From positions 54,808,001-54,872,000 of the forward strand of contig NC_043008.1 in NCBI RefSeq assembly GCF_006345805.1: a DNA stretch of 64,000 nucleotides, given 5' to 3'. Below the pieces are notes generated by a model. That model ran no database searches and was not told the origin of the DNA. It saw only the letters and a program-made list of their open reading frames with translations. A program made the translations under genes and the position numbers. Shown one piece after another: positions 26,266 through 40,828 of this stretch. Source of the DNA: Octopus sinensis. Lineage: Eukaryota. The stretch's first letter is position 1, and each line of letters begins with the position of its first letter.

Positions 26266-27761
26266 CATAGATAGTTAGATAGGTACGTACATAAATACAC
26301 ACATCTATCCATCACTCCACCAATCTATGCAGGCATACATACATTCATCCATGTATATATATATACATACATACACATCCATCCATCCATCCATCCATCC
26401 ACCATCTAACTATCCATCCATCCATCCATACATACTTAGTGGCTGCCAACTCGTAGGTGATTATAAGCGTCACTGAGAATTCTTATACCAGTTGTTAAGG
26501 CAGTAACTGTCAGCAATACCTGTGCTGAAATTTAAAGTTAATAACAACTGGTATAACACAGCTAAGACTCTCACCTACAAAGCCAAGCAGCCCAGAAACA
26601 AACAATGAGGCAGTGTTATGTTGGAATTTCCTTCTCCTTGGGAGATATTTAAACTAAGACTAAGGTGTGTCTCACTCTCAGCTTCTTCATGGTTCTACTA
26701 TACTTATTCGCCCTATTATAGGTTTTGGTTTTCTTCCTCCACGCCATCCGGGGAAAAACAATACTCTTTACTAAGCAGGCTTAGTAAGGATGCTAGTTTA
26801 GTCACCGACAGCCCTGAAAGGCAACAGGTTACACTGGCTTACAATCGCAATAAGAGGGACCTGACAAGCATACATATATACAAACATTCATCCATCAATC
26901 CATTCGTCCGTCTGTTCGTCTCACACATAAACCTTAATTGTCCTTTGTTGTGCATTGTAGTCTGGTCTATACTTTTATACATGTCAAAGCCGTATTTTAT
27001 GTGGAGATAAGGCGGCAACCCAGCAGAAACTTTAGCAACCCGGGCAAAGTGCTTTGCGCAATTTCGTCTGTTGGCACGTTCTGAGTTCAAATTCCGCCGA
27101 GGTCAACATTGCCTTTCATCCTTTCGGGGTTAATAAAATAAGTACCATATGAGCACTGAAGGTCGATGTTATCAACTATCCCATCTCCCGAATTTCATTC
27201 CTTGCGCCTCTAGTACAAATTATTTTGTGGAGATAAGCCGGCGATCCGGCAGAATGGTTAGGACGTTGGACGAGATGCTTAACTACATTTCATCTGGCTT
27301 TATGCTCAGGTTTCAAACTCCGCCAACGCCGATGTTGTGTCTCATCGTCTCGGAATCGATACAATAAGCCCCAGTTCTCGACTACCCCCTACTTTAAGAT
27401 TGTTAGCATTTTGCCAAAATTTGAAACTAATATTTTGTGTGGAACTCCGAGCTGCAATACGGTGTGGTGGATTTGGCATCGGAAAGAATGGTCCGTGCTA
27501 TTTGTTCTGAAACTCTTCACTCTTAGTTCAAATGACGTCAAGGCGAACTTTTCCTTCCATTCATTCGGGGGTTCACAAAAAATAAAAACCAGGCATGGCT
27601 GCACGGTTAAGAAGCTTGCTTTGCAACTACCTGGGTTTGTGTTCAATCCCACTTTGTAGGATCATGGGCAAGTACCTTCTACTATAGCACCGAGCCTAGC
27701 GGTGCTTTATAAGTGAATTTGGTCCATGGAAACTATGTGGAATCCCGTGCTAGATATGCAT

Positions 27762-27797
<36 letters not shown>

Positions 27798-29634
27798 GTG
27801 TGTGGGCAAAAGCTAGCTGGATTTCGATTTTCAGTACGAATACGGACCGCGAAAGCGCGGCCCATCGATCCGTATTTATGTGTTTGTGTTTGTCCACACC
27901 ACCACTTAAGAACCGATGTCAGTGTGTTTACGTTATCGTAACTGGTCGATTTTTTCGACCAAACCTCCAAGGGGGTGCCCTAGTATGGTCGCAGTCTAAT
28001 CTCCAAAGCAAATAAAGTGTAAAAGATAAACCCACGCTCGATTGGCGGAGTTGTGAGAAAGCCCTACTTGATATCAGCGGTATCTGTTCAGGCTCATTGC
28101 TTTGTGAGTTCGAATTTTGCCCTGGTATATTTGATTGGTAAACTTAAAGCAAGTTCTCCTTTAGCGCCATACCCTGACACCTTGGGTGTCTTCAGTGTAC
28201 CCAGTTCTGTTACATTTATGCGGCCCGGTCTCCGGTGTGAGGATGACGTTTAAACCCTCAATGAGTCTTGGAGATTCCGTGAAGGTTTATGGCCATTACC
28301 TACGCTCCTTCCTAAAAGATTTTAAAATAGCTGAAACTTATTATAGTTTGGCCAAATTTCTTTCTACACACACACACCACACACATACACACACATGCAC
28401 ACTCGTACACAAAAATACATATACATACCTATATACATTTATATATACTTATATACACTTATATATAATTATATATACTTACACACACATATGTATAATG
28501 TTTGTATATAGATATACAAACATATATACTTATGTATATATATATATATACATATACACTTATGTATGCTTACACATGTACTTATTTCTCAATGTGCATA
28601 CAAATAGATAATACAGATACATATTTATACATTCTTATTTCTATACGCGCATAAAGATGCATTTTTATGTAAACGATGCCAACTAGTGGGAGACTATGAT
28701 CGGGTGATCTTTCAACAGCCTATCATCAACTTATCAATACGCCTTCAGAGAGATGAACTCCAGCAGGTCTAAAAGTGTCCAAGATGGCGCCCCTGAAACG
28801 CCTTTGAAGGAGATGAATGAGTAAGGCCAAGCAAAGTTACTGGCACCAGCGCATATACACACCAAAATACACAAACATATGTACATATACACACTAATGC
28901 CATGTCTTTATTTAATAGATCTATAAATATATGCGGACACTCACTTACTCACTTACACACACACACACACACACAAACTTGGTCGGTTTAAAATCTAGGA
29001 ATAATCCTCTGACTTCCTCAAATTACACCTTAATATATTAAACAAAGAAACAGCCAGTAAATGATTTGTCCTGCATACCTCTTAAAGATTGGATGGTCAC
29101 AAATGGAATACTTTGATCATAGATTGTATGTGTTTAAGATTCACCAACGGCTAGAGAATGTCATATACATAATTGTATAGAGTTGTGGTCTACTGTACCT
29201 TCCTATGGCACCAATATATAATGTAGTTGTCTGAGCCATATAGAATTTAAAGTTTTCCATAGTTACACAAACCTGAATCTGGGGTAATAAGTTTTAGAAT
29301 TCCTTGTAATTAATACAATTTCTTCTGGGGGAGTATACAAATATGAAATTGAGGACATTGGTGAGAAAGGGTTGCATTCTAGACATATAAAGAAGTCATA
29401 ATTACAGTGACTATAGTTCCATTTTGAAAGCCCTAATTACATTCAGACTCCAGATCCCACACGGCGATAGAAATATACAAATTTTTCTTCTTTAATGTTC
29501 ACTGTTTTATAGTATCTCAAACGTATCAAGCATCATTACAGGACCCGAATTTACAACTACAAATTAAACAATATAAACGTTGGTAAAAAGGTGCAGTAGT
29601 CTTTTCCGTCAGTATTGTATTCATATTTTCTTCT

Positions 29635-29880
29635 CGCCCTTTTAAAGCCTAGCCAGGCTCATGGGCCCGGTTTTCCGGTTTCAATGGCGTATGTGTTCCC
29701 CAGCTGGACGGGACGCCAGTCCATCGCAGCGTTACTCATTTTTGCCAACTTAGTGGACTGGAGCAACGTGAAATGAAGTGTTTTGCTCAAGAACACAACG
29801 CCTCGCCCGGTCCAGGAATCGAAATCACAATCTTACGATCATGATGCTGACATCCTAACCACTAAGCCACGCGCCTCCAC
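29635..29880 (-). mobile_element. SINE family A, young copy with TSD tattcatatttt
   Basis: 12-bp direct repeat on both flanks; close match to 1328-1574. Confidence 0.85.
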
Positions 29881-30374
29881 TATTCATATTTTACTCGGAA
29901 ATATGTTGAAAGAATTAGCAATTTAGAGAGAAAAATAGAAGCACAGAAGTTAATGGTAAACCTAAAGAAATAGCAAAACCAAATAAGTGGTTGTTTACTT
30001 CTGAAGCCTTTTACTGCCTTCGGAGCACATGACATCGATCACGTTATCTACTGTGTCGACTCTGTGTTGTTTTTCCTTCCTCTGGGTCCTGTTGGCTCTG
30101 AATTGTCATTGGACTTAAGTAACATTGCTTTTCTTTTTCTTGCACACAAGTCTAATATTTTAAATACTATTAAAATAATATGCCTCGTTTTACAGATTTG
30201 TTTTTCTACAGTAACATCCTCTGTGACGTAACGTGAATTTTGGAGATTCGCCTTCTTTAAACGGAACGTATCTTCTTCTACAGCGAAGACTCATGCCAAC
30301 GTGGCCGCCCTCGGTGGTCATCTCGGCCCACGCTATGCTGCTGCATGGGTCATCATTAAAATGGACCATACTAG

Positions 30375-30527
30375 CACTAGCGTAGCTGGAGTGTGTGCCA
30401 CCCGGAGCAGCCCTTCCGTTTGCCACCCCTTCCGTTTGCCACCCCGGACCCCACATTGACTACAGCAGACCCAAAAGTGCCGCCTGGGGTTGACTGCCCC
30501 AACCACCTGACCCTACCTACGCTAATG
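30375..30527. mobile_element. Short GC-rich MITE (hAT-like ends)
   Basis: Terminal inverted cactagcgtag / ctacgctaatg; internal direct repeat cccttccgtttgccacccc. Confidence 0.5.
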
Positions 30528-31095
30528 CATAAGACTGTATGCTTCAATATTTGACTTGAATGAAGCTCCGTGTATTTTTTAAAAAACTCTTTCAACCAAC
30601 ATGCCAACGCTTTTTACTTCTAGGAAGAGATGGCCCTTATTACTCTGATATCTATCCTTTGAACTGTCCATCATATCATAAAAGATTCTAGCAGGAACTT
30701 ACACTCTGTTGGCATAGATCTCAGCATCACTGGGGCACACAAGGCTTCGCACCACAATGAGGACCGGATCTTATGGTGGAAGGAGTTGTATAGCTTGTTC
30801 ATTTAACCACAACAGAAGACAACGGATAGAGGAAAAGAACCATGGAATGGATTCTATGATAAGGGTTTGAGGGTGAGGTAGATAGAGAAGTACCTGGAGG
30901 ACGACATCAAGGGAGCCGTGAAGGTAATAAAGGGCGGTAGAAACCTGGTTTGAGTTAGAATGGTACCAAACAAGAAGACCAAAGAAAAGGCTAGTAGAGG
31001 GATACATCTCGCTGTGGATTGCGATATCTTGGAGAGAGACATAGAAAGTGGACCGTGGGAGAGACAGAGACAGAGAGAGAGAGAGACAGAAAAAT

Positions 31096-31138
<43 letters not shown>

Positions 31139-34100
31139 AAGAGAGAGAAAAAAGAAGGAAAGAGAGAGTTAAACTGTTGTTCTACTGTCGTCTACGTCAG
31201 ATTGCAGTGCCGGTGACTTAAGCGTTTGCAGCTTTCGTTCTAATAAAATATTAAAGAGATTTCATTAGGGTAGCGTCCTGTGTGACCGTAACCTTATAGA
31301 GTAGTATACTGCTGCTTTACATTGTTTCAAGGCAGTATGATTTTGGATCATGGAGATGGGTAGTTATATGCCAAGTGTTTATTTAGTTGAACACAGCTGC
31401 ATTTGAACTAAGAATAGCTGCATGTCTTTATATATGTACAGTGCTTAGTTCCTCCACCGATGAAGGATTCGGATTAGAATTATTAAAGGGAAAATGTGAA
31501 TACAATAAGAAATTTCGTCACTCTGCAATAGTTAATATAATGATAATGATATAATGATATGCGAATGCCAACAGAATAATTATGAGCTGATCACAGTAGA
31601 TAACTGTGTCTTCAATTCGATTTTAGTTGATTATAACCATCAGTCACTTACTCCTCCAACCATTTAGAGACATGCTTGTTTACAAATTTGTTGAAGCATT
31701 TAAAAAAATAATAAACCTCTTATTAAACCAGTCTCATCAGTCGTCCAGAACTGGGTCGTCTTCGATCTAGACAATAACTCTGATTGCCTTGCATTGCTTT
31801 GCGTTCTCAGGTCTTGAAAGAGTTGTGAAGTGGGGGTGCTGTTGTGATATGCTGTGTGTTTTGGGGTAATCTTGGTAGAACTGCCCTGTCTACAACTGAT
31901 ATATTTCACAAAGAGAGAGGAGTGGAGAAATGAATCGATGCCGTAATGATAGACTTTTATTTTATTTATTGATTCAAAAGAAGAATAAAAAAAAGGCGAA
32001 GTTGACATCACTGGAATTTGAATTCACAGAATTATTGAGTGACCCCCTTCGGTCATGAATGACCATGGGATTGTACCTAGAAAGCCACCCTCCGAGGCAC
32101 AAGTCTGGGAAAGGTTGTCTATGGAAGACCAGCAGTCGCCCATGTAGACCGGCCTTCCCCGCTCCACTCCACCGATGATATTCAAGGGAAAGGCAAAGGC
32201 CGATACAGCTAGGCACCAGTGAGGTCGCAGCTCATTTATTAACGTGTAAGTGGCTGAGCACGCCATAGACACATGTACCATTAACGCAGTTCTCGGGGAG
32301 ATTCAGCGTGACACAGAGTGTGACAAGGCTGGCCCTTTGAAATACAGATACAACAGAAACAGGAAGAAAGAGTGAGAAAAAGTTGTGGTGAAAGAGTACA
32401 GCAGGGTTGACCGCATATACCTAGATATATATCACTGTGACCACCGTGATCACCGTAACCGACCAGGCTATCAGATGTTGCTACACATCGCTGGTCACAA
32501 TGCGCTACGCATTGTTTTAGGCCAACAGAAGAAAGAGTGAGAGAAAGTTGTGGCGAAAGAGTACAGCAGGAATCCCCCCCACACTGCTGGAGCCACGTGG
32601 AGCTTTGGGTGTTTTTACTCAATAAACACTCACAATGCCCGGACTGGGAATCGAAACCGCGATCCTACGACCGCGAGTCCGCTGCTCTAACCACTGGGCT
32701 ATTGCGCCTCCACTCACAAAATTATAAGTCGGAATGAATGTCACGAACCATTCTCTCCGACGTATTCGTGATTCTGTTAATTCACAGCTTTGAACAGTAT
32801 GAACATGTAATATTCTTTCAGTGGTACTTTCAGTCAATTATCCTTTTTGGCTCATTCTAACAATTAATTAAGACACTTGATATCTCTCTCGTGCCAAAAT
32901 ATTCTTCATATACAGAGTAGAGAGAAAGAGCAACCGCTTTGTTAACAAGGCACCTGTATAGCCGTTTGGTTAACAAACTCGCTTTCCAACCACAAGATGT
33001 GTGTTCAGTCTCATTGTGCAACATCTTGAGCGATAAGTCTCTGGCCAACCATTGCTTTGTGAATTGTGAGTGAATTTGCTAGGCAAAAACCATGTGGAAG
33101 GCCATATATATGTATTTTATAAAATTATTTTAGCATTTTCTATCTTGAATTTTTTTTTCCATATATATATGTATATGACTGCGGCCATGCTGGAGCACCG
33201 CCTTTCAGTCGAACAAATCGACCCCTGGAACTTATTCTTTGTAAGCCTAGTACTTATTCTGTCGGTCTCTTTGCCGAACGGCTAAGTTAGGGGGATGTAA
33301 ACACACCAACATCGGTTGTAAAGTAATGGTGGTGGTGGTGGTGGGAACAAACACAGACATACAAACACAGACACACACACACACACACACACACCCACAC
33401 ACCACATATATATATACATACATACATATATATACATATATCTAAATATATATATATATAATTATATATATATATATATATACACATGAATATGTGTATA
33501 TGTGCATCTGTGTGTCTTTGTGTTTGTACGCCCATCCGAAGCTAGTGTTTACTTCCTTGAAACATTGCGTTTCGTAAATATAATCGATAAAACAAGTAAT
33601 CGATTAAAAAAAGAAAAGAAAGACAAAGCATAAGTACTGGTGTTGATGTGTTTGACTAAAACTTTCAAGGCGGTGCTCCAGTGTGACCTCAGCTCAATGA
33701 CTGGGAAGGGCAAGGAAGGCCTAGAAGGGATTGATACATCGCTAGCGCAATAAATATGGCACAAAAAGAGTCCAATGTTTCGTTCTTCGCTGTCGCAATA
33801 TTACTTCTTATATTAAAGGCGGTGAACTGACAGAATCATTAGCAGGCCAAATAGAATGCATGGCAGCTCTCATCCGTCTTTACGATAAATCGACTAAACC
33901 AGTACTTCTTATTTAAGACCTTCAGTTGGTCTGTCGGTTTCCTTTACCGAATTATAAGATAGGGAGACATAAACAAACCAACTCCAATTATTAAGCAATG
34001 TTGGAAGACAAACACAAGAACACATACACACAAGCATACGCTCACGCACATACACATATATGTAGTATATATGGTACTGTCCAGGTGTCGAAACCATAAT

Positions 34101-35769
34101 GATACGCGTGGAGCAGCTGAAGATGGAAGTATGTTGGATTGTTGGTATGGCTGCTTTTGTATATGTGGAATAGTATTATAACACATCCTTTTGATATACA
34201 ACAGACTGTCATAAAATGTCCATCTACCAGTTTACTCATAAGGCATTGACCCGTCCGGGTCTATACTAAAATATACTCGCTTAAGGTGTCAGGCCGTGTG
34301 ATTGAACCCAGAACTAAACAGTTGTAAATTGAGCTCTGAAGCATACAACCAAACCTAAAGAAGACTAAGCACCCAGGAAACCAAAACTGCGACACGGGAT
34401 CGATACTTATCGGTGGTCTTCCCGGCCTTGTTCTGCAATCGTTGATTTCTTAGACATATTTGCTTCATATTTCGAAATGTTGTGTTGTGATGTTCATGGT
34501 TTTCTCGAAGATCCAAGCAACGAAAACTAAAATTTAGTTGTTTTGTCCCTTATCAACTCTAATAGAGGCTTTACTTGACGATTTAAATTAAAATTTTCGC
34601 ATTGTGTCTTGATTTCTTTCTTGAAGAACGCAGTAGTGGATCAAACAGAATTAGCTGCTATTTTTAGCAAGCCAAGCCAGCGTGCAAATGCCTTCTATGT
34701 AAGTCGTTGTTTACTTTATGGCATTAAGATTATAACTGTATCACTATATCGACTAGACTATCGGATAGTGTGACATATCGCTGGTCACAATGCGCTTCTT
34801 CGCTTTGTTGTAGCTACCAATGATGCCACAACGTTGGCCAGGCGGCAGACCAACATTTCCTTTGAACGTGACTCCAGAGCGCCGCTGGGTTACTCATTTA
34901 CAGGTGAGTGGACAGGTGATCAACATAAAATGAATTGTTTTGATCAAGAATACAACGCACTGCCCGGTCCAGGAATCGAAACCAAGATCTTGCGATCGTG
35001 AGAGTAAAATCTTAATCACTAGACCATGAGTCCTCACATTAATAATATAATTGACTAAGGCGGTTAGCTGGCAGAATCATTTGCGGTACTTCACCCGTCC
35101 CTACGTTCTGAGTCAAAATTCCGCCGAGGTCGACTTTGCCTTTCATTCTTTCAGGGTCGATAAATTAAGCACCAGTTGCGTATTGGGGTCGATTTAATCG
35201 ACTGGTCCTTCCTCCATAAGTTTCAGGCCTTATGCCTAGAGTAGAAAATAATATAACTGACTATAAATATCGGATAATTGTAATTATGTTTTGGCCCTAC
35301 ATGGTTACAAGCGACAGTTACAAGAGTACATTGAATCTAATTAAATGGATTTTAATTAGTAACTATAGTAACTACCCGTATCGGAGGCTTATTAAGAATG
35401 ATAGCTGTGACTGATTGATTTGGTAAACCTTTTATCGAAATCGATTGAACTCTTGTCTTTATGGAACACATTGGAATATTGATTTTATTTTTTATTGGGA
35501 TATCAACAATTAACTCCAAAAGGATGCGGGCCAGTTGTAGCCTGAAGTGTTATACTATTCTGTGTTTAGCGATTGGAACTGGTATTGGAATAAGGCCGTT
35601 CCTTGCCACATGACAGAGGTGGAGCCACTGCTACCAGTAGGCGTGTTTTCCTGATGTTTTAAAAGAAATGTTAAGTAGGAGAAGCGTTTTTACACTCTGG
35701 CCTTTACGTATCATTAACGATAGCCTCTGTATACACCGACATATATCTGTAGTGACCTTTAATAGCAAC

Positions 35770-36250
35770 GGCAACATCAACGCCAACACTGCCACCACCA
35801 CCATGAAGGTCATCGCCCCCACCATCGTGAATGATGTTGCCGTCGCCGCCGTCAAGACCGACGACACCACGACGACGACTAACACGACGAACATCATCAC
35901 AACCAGCATCTCTATCATGACCATGACCCTGACCACCATAATTATCACGACCAACACTAGCACCAACAGTACCACCACCACCACCACCGCCACCACCACC
36001 GCCACCACCACCACCACCACCACCACCACCACCACCGCCGCCGCCGCCGCCACCATCGCCATCATTAACACTACAGCTGTTACTACTACAAGTTTTTTCT
36101 ACATAATCCTTAACCTCACACCAGCACCACCACCAGCACCACCACCAGTACCACCACCAACACCACCACCACCAGCACTACCACCAACCAGCACCACCAC
36201 CAGCACCACCACCGCCACCGCAAACTCTATACCAACTACATCTACAACAT
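35770..36250. repeat. Degenerate (ACC)n/(CAC)n trinucleotide field
   Basis: Direct reading; it produces spurious Thr/Pro-rich and Val-rich ORFs. Confidence 0.85.
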
Positions 36251-36330
36251 TCACAGCGGAGCTGATAAGGGAAACTACAGTTTGACTGTTCAAAGCCCCC
36301 AAAACAGCAGTCAAATCACTCCCCCCCCAG

Positions 36331-36365
<35 letters not shown>

Positions 36366-37457
36366 CATGTTCAGTAGAGTGGTTAACGTAATCACAGATA
36401 AGCAATAACCGACAGAATGATCGGAAGATCATGGATGGGACAGCTTTGATCGTAGTAATTCATAGTAACAATACAACACTGGCGTCGCTATTATGTCTGT
36501 AGATAAACCCACCATCAATATGACCAATGAAGTTGCTCTGATGGTGAATAGATCGGTTATCTTTTTCTTGTCTCAGTTATTGGATTGCGACCATGCTGGG
36601 GCACCGCCTTGAAGGGTCTACTCGAATAAATCTACCTCTGAATTTTTTTTTTTTTTTTTTTTTTTTAGTTTGGCACTTAGCCTCTTTTTCCGATCCGCTA
36701 ATTTACAGCAAGGTAAACAAGAAAAACACAATCAGATACACACACACACACACACACACATGACGGGTTTCCGCACAGTTTCTGTCTATCAAATTCACTC
36801 ATAAAGAACGAGTCGTCTCAGGAATATAGCAGAAGACACTTGCCCAAGCTGCCGCGCAGTGGGACTGAATCTGAAACCACGTGGTTTACAAAGCAAACTT
36901 CAACGCCACACAGACATGCCTACACTCATTCTGACATATAACCCTTTATTATATTCACATAGTATGTTACTCCAAAATATAGCATATTATCTGTACACAT
37001 AATACGTTATACATGTTATGTCGATGGACACGGAAGTTATTCCTGTATATGACGTTGTCTATGGTCCCAATATCATCTCTTCATAATCCACGAAGCATTT
37101 GATGTCCATCTCCTCCAACTGCATAAATCAATAGGTAAATAGGCAGATTGTATACAACTCAAGAAAGCAATCCATCTTCATTATTTATATTAATCAAATG
37201 AGGACAGTAAGGTCCACGGTCCTTTGTAGGAACTCGGAAGTAGTGGAAGGAATCGGGGAAATGATCCATAGGCCGTAGATCTAGTTTGAATGTTTGCAAC
37301 AGAGTGCATTTCGATAAAATTATTCACGTTCGGGTGGTGGTGTTAAATATACGAGGCTTCGATCACCGTAAATATATTTTTCTTCAATACAGCTACAACC
37401 ATGAAGAACTTTTCAATGAGGGGCACAATATGTGAAAGACGGGACGTGTAAAAAAAT

Positions 37458-37636
37458 TATATAGGCAAACTGCTGCCTACGGGCCGCATGTGGTCCACAT
37501 GAACACCTAACGAAAAATTACCTTGCAAGATTTTTGTAGTGCGGCCCCCTAATAACGAACCATGTTTTCTGCAGCTCCTCTGATGACGTCCCAGGTCCTG
37601 TACAGCCCACTTCTCGGTATATATTGCCCATGCTTG
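37458..37636. mobile_element. Decayed hAT/Charlie-type MITE
   Basis: ggcaaact..acgggccgcatgtggtcc start, gcggccc internal motif and ttgcccatgcttg end, typical of hAT non-autonomous elements. Confidence 0.45.
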
Positions 37637-38345
37637 GCTAAAATCTCGGTTTTCAACCGAAATATTGTAAACCGTAGAGCAGCTGTTTCACAAAATTAGT
37701 TTGTCGCGAAACAATTTTATGATTTTTCAAAAATCTCCGAATGTAGTTTTATGCTATGGAATAGCCCCGCAATCCCAACATGAAACTGAAGCAAAAACTG
37801 AAATAATTTAGAAAACATCACCTGCAAGGATTTGGTGAAACGAATCGACCTCAATACTTATTACGTTTTTTGAAGTCTGGTACTTATTCTGTCATGGAGG
37901 TGCAATGGCCCAGTGGTTAGGGCAGCAAACTCGCGGTCGGAGGATCGCGGTTTCGATTCCAAGACCGGGCGTTGCTTGTGTTTATTGAACGAAAACACCT
38001 AAAGCTCCACGAGGCTCTGGTAGGGGGTGGTGGCAACTCCTGTTGTACTCTTTCGCCCCAACTTTCCCTTACTCTATCTTCCTGTTTCTTGAGTAGTTTG
38101 TTTGCATCCCCATAACGTAGCGGTTCGACAAAGGATTCGATAGAATAAATATCAGACCATGAAAGTAGCCATTTGTTCGAATAAACACTTGAATTCGATG
38201 AACCAGCATGGCCGGACTCCAATTATTGAATCAAGTCGAAGTTAAAAGATAAAAAAATATTATGCTACAAAAAACAAGAAACAAAAACAAAGAATACATT
38301 AGATAATGTCGTTGTAGATGCCATATCTCTTTCTTTCTTTTTCCC

Positions 38346-38740
38346 TTTTACTTGTTTCAGTCATTTGTCAGCGGCCATGCTGGGGCACCGCCTTTAGTCG
38401 AGCAAATCGATCCCAGGACTCATTCTTTGTACGCCTAGTACTTATTTTATCGGTCTCTTTTGCCGAACCGCTAAGTTACGGGGACGTAAACACACCAGCA
38501 TCGGTTGTCAAGCGATGTTGGGGGGACAAACACAGACACGCAAACACGCACATACATATATATACATATATACGACGGGCTTCTTTCAGTTTCCGTCTAC
38601 CAAATCCACTCACAAGGCTTTGGTCGGCCCGAGGCTATAGTAGAAGACACTTGCCCAAGGTGGCACGCAGTGGGACTGAACACGGAACCATGTGGTTGGT
38701 AGTAAGCAAGCTACTTACCACACAGCCACTCCTACGCCTA
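38346..38740 (-). mobile_element. SINE family D, full-length
   Basis: Reverse complement of 6268-6700. Confidence 0.85.
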
Positions 38741-39430
38741 TGTCTAAGAAAAGAAAATTATTGATGGAACAGACACAATTTCAACGATTTTGATGGTAGT
38801 TATTCTCAATCGAAGCTAACCCGCGGTTAAAAATTCAATAACAAATAAATTAGTATTCTTGGAATTGATCAACTGATGCACTTCCCAATTACAGCAGTCT
38901 ATAAGGATAATTACAATAACATATACATATATAATGCCATATTATATGATAAACAGTAACACTTGACCGTCGGAATATAAGATATAAAACATATACATAT
39001 ATGATACCATATAATGCCGTGTTAGATGATAAACTGCACCACTTGACCATTGTAGCATATTATAAACTAATTTAACAGAGGGGAATAGCTGTGGTTGGCA
39101 AATGGAATTTCAACAAATAGATAAATTAATGAATAACAGCTTGAAATTGTTTCGTTGCTTAGTAACCAATCAGTGTCTAATTATATTTCAAGCATATTTT
39201 AGTGCAGCTGTTGTTGTCGTTGTTTTTGTAGTTATTGTTTTTGTTGTAGTAGTAGTAGTAGTAGTAGTAGTAGTAACAGCAGCAGTAATAGTAGTTGTAG
39301 TGGTAGTAGTTGTTATTGCATTTAAAAAAAATTTGTTTGCCACACCATAACAATTAATATTAATTGCGACACTCGTATGGTTATCACGACAACAGCAATA
39401 ATCGCACAATATTACAATATTACGCACAAC

Positions 39431-39665
39431 AAAGACGGCGAGCTGGCAGAATCGTTAGCACGCCGGGCGAAATACGTAGCCGTATTTCGTCTGCCGTTAC
39501 GTTCTATGTTCAAATTCCGCCGAGGTCGACTTTGCCTTTCATCATTTAGGGATCGATAAATTAAGTACCAGTTACGCACTGGGGTCGATATAATCGACTT
39601 AATCCGTTTGTCTGTCCTTGTTTGTCCCCTCTGTGTTTAGCCCCTTTTGGGCAATAAAGAAATAA
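39431..39665 (+). mobile_element. SINE family C, intronic
   Basis: Full head, core and tail. Confidence 0.85.
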
Positions 39666-39876
39666 GTAGTTGTCTCCAAACTACACGGTTCTATGTTTAA
39701 TCATATGGCGCGGCACCTTAAGCAAATACCTTGTATTGTCGCCCCGGGCCGACCAAAGACTTGAGTGGACTTGCCAGGCAGAACCTGAAAAAAGCCTGTC
39801 GTATAATATATGTAACTATCTGTGTGTGTTTTGTGTTTGTATTATTCATATACCACTGCTTGATAATTGGTATCCA

Positions 39877-40260
39877 GTGGAGGCGCAATGGCCCAGTGGT
39901 TAGGGCAGCAGACTCGCGGTCGGAGGATCGCGGTTTCGATTCCCAGACCGGGCGTTGTGAGTGTTTATTGAGCGAAAACACCTAAAGCTTCACGAGGCTC
40001 CGGCAGGGGATGGTGGTGATCCCTGCTGTACTCTTTCACCACAACTTTCTCTCACTCTTACTTCCTGTTTCTGATGTACCTGTATTTCAAGGGGCCGGCC
40101 TTGTCACTCTCTGTGTCACGCTGAATATCCCCGAGAACTACGTTAAGGGTACACGTGTCTGTGAAGTGCTCAGCCACTTACGCGTTAATTTCACGAGCAG
40201 GCTGTTCCGTTGATTCGGATCAACCGGAACCCTCATCGTCGTAACCGACGGAGTGCTTCC
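39877..40260 (+). mobile_element. SINE family B, full-length, intronic
   Basis: Nearly identical to 15789-16173. Confidence 0.85.
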
Positions 40261-40828
40261 ATTCCACTATGGGGGCGAGCTGGTAGAATCGTTAGCAGGC
40301 CGGACAAAATACTTCGTGGCATTCCGTCAAAATCTGCTGAGGTGGACTTTGCCATTTCTCTCTTTAGGGTCGATAAAATAAGTACCAGTCGAACACCGTG
40401 GTCGTTGTAATCGACTAGCCCCCACACCAAAAGCTGGTGATCTTGTGCCAAAATTTGAAATCGTTATTATAACTGTTACCTAAGCGGGTGAGCCGGCGTC
40501 CGTCGCATTCTCAGTTCAAATTCCGCCGTGGTCTGGTCGATTTTGCCTTCCATCCATTCAGTATCGATGAAATAAGAATCGACTTACAATCTCCCCCTTA
40601 AATTGTTAGCCTTGTGCTAAAATTTGAAACCATTACTATTAATATAATTTATTGCGATATTGTTAGCAGGTTTATAAGGGTGGCGCAGATGGTAACGCTC
40701 AGGGCAGCAAGTAATTTCATCGATTGAAGACTGAGTTCAAACCTTACCAGTCAGCTTCGACAATATATTTTATCTCACAGTTGGTCTGCAGGAAATATTT
40801 AATATATTAATTTCAATGGAATACATAT

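Noticed and set aside
28719-28820. 102-nt segment with a cag acceptor and GA|gtaagg donor, open in one frame (LSSTYQYAFREMNSSRSKSVQDGAPETPLKEMN), as a possible middle AstC exon
   Set aside because: Its open frame needs a phase-2 acceptor, but exon 1 ends in phase 0, which hits TAA. It would need a further unseen exon or a non-first AG.
35668-36285. 205-aa Thr/Pro-rich ORF resembling a mucin
   Set aside because: Translation of a degenerate (ACC)n microsatellite, open on both strands, with no splice or domain evidence.
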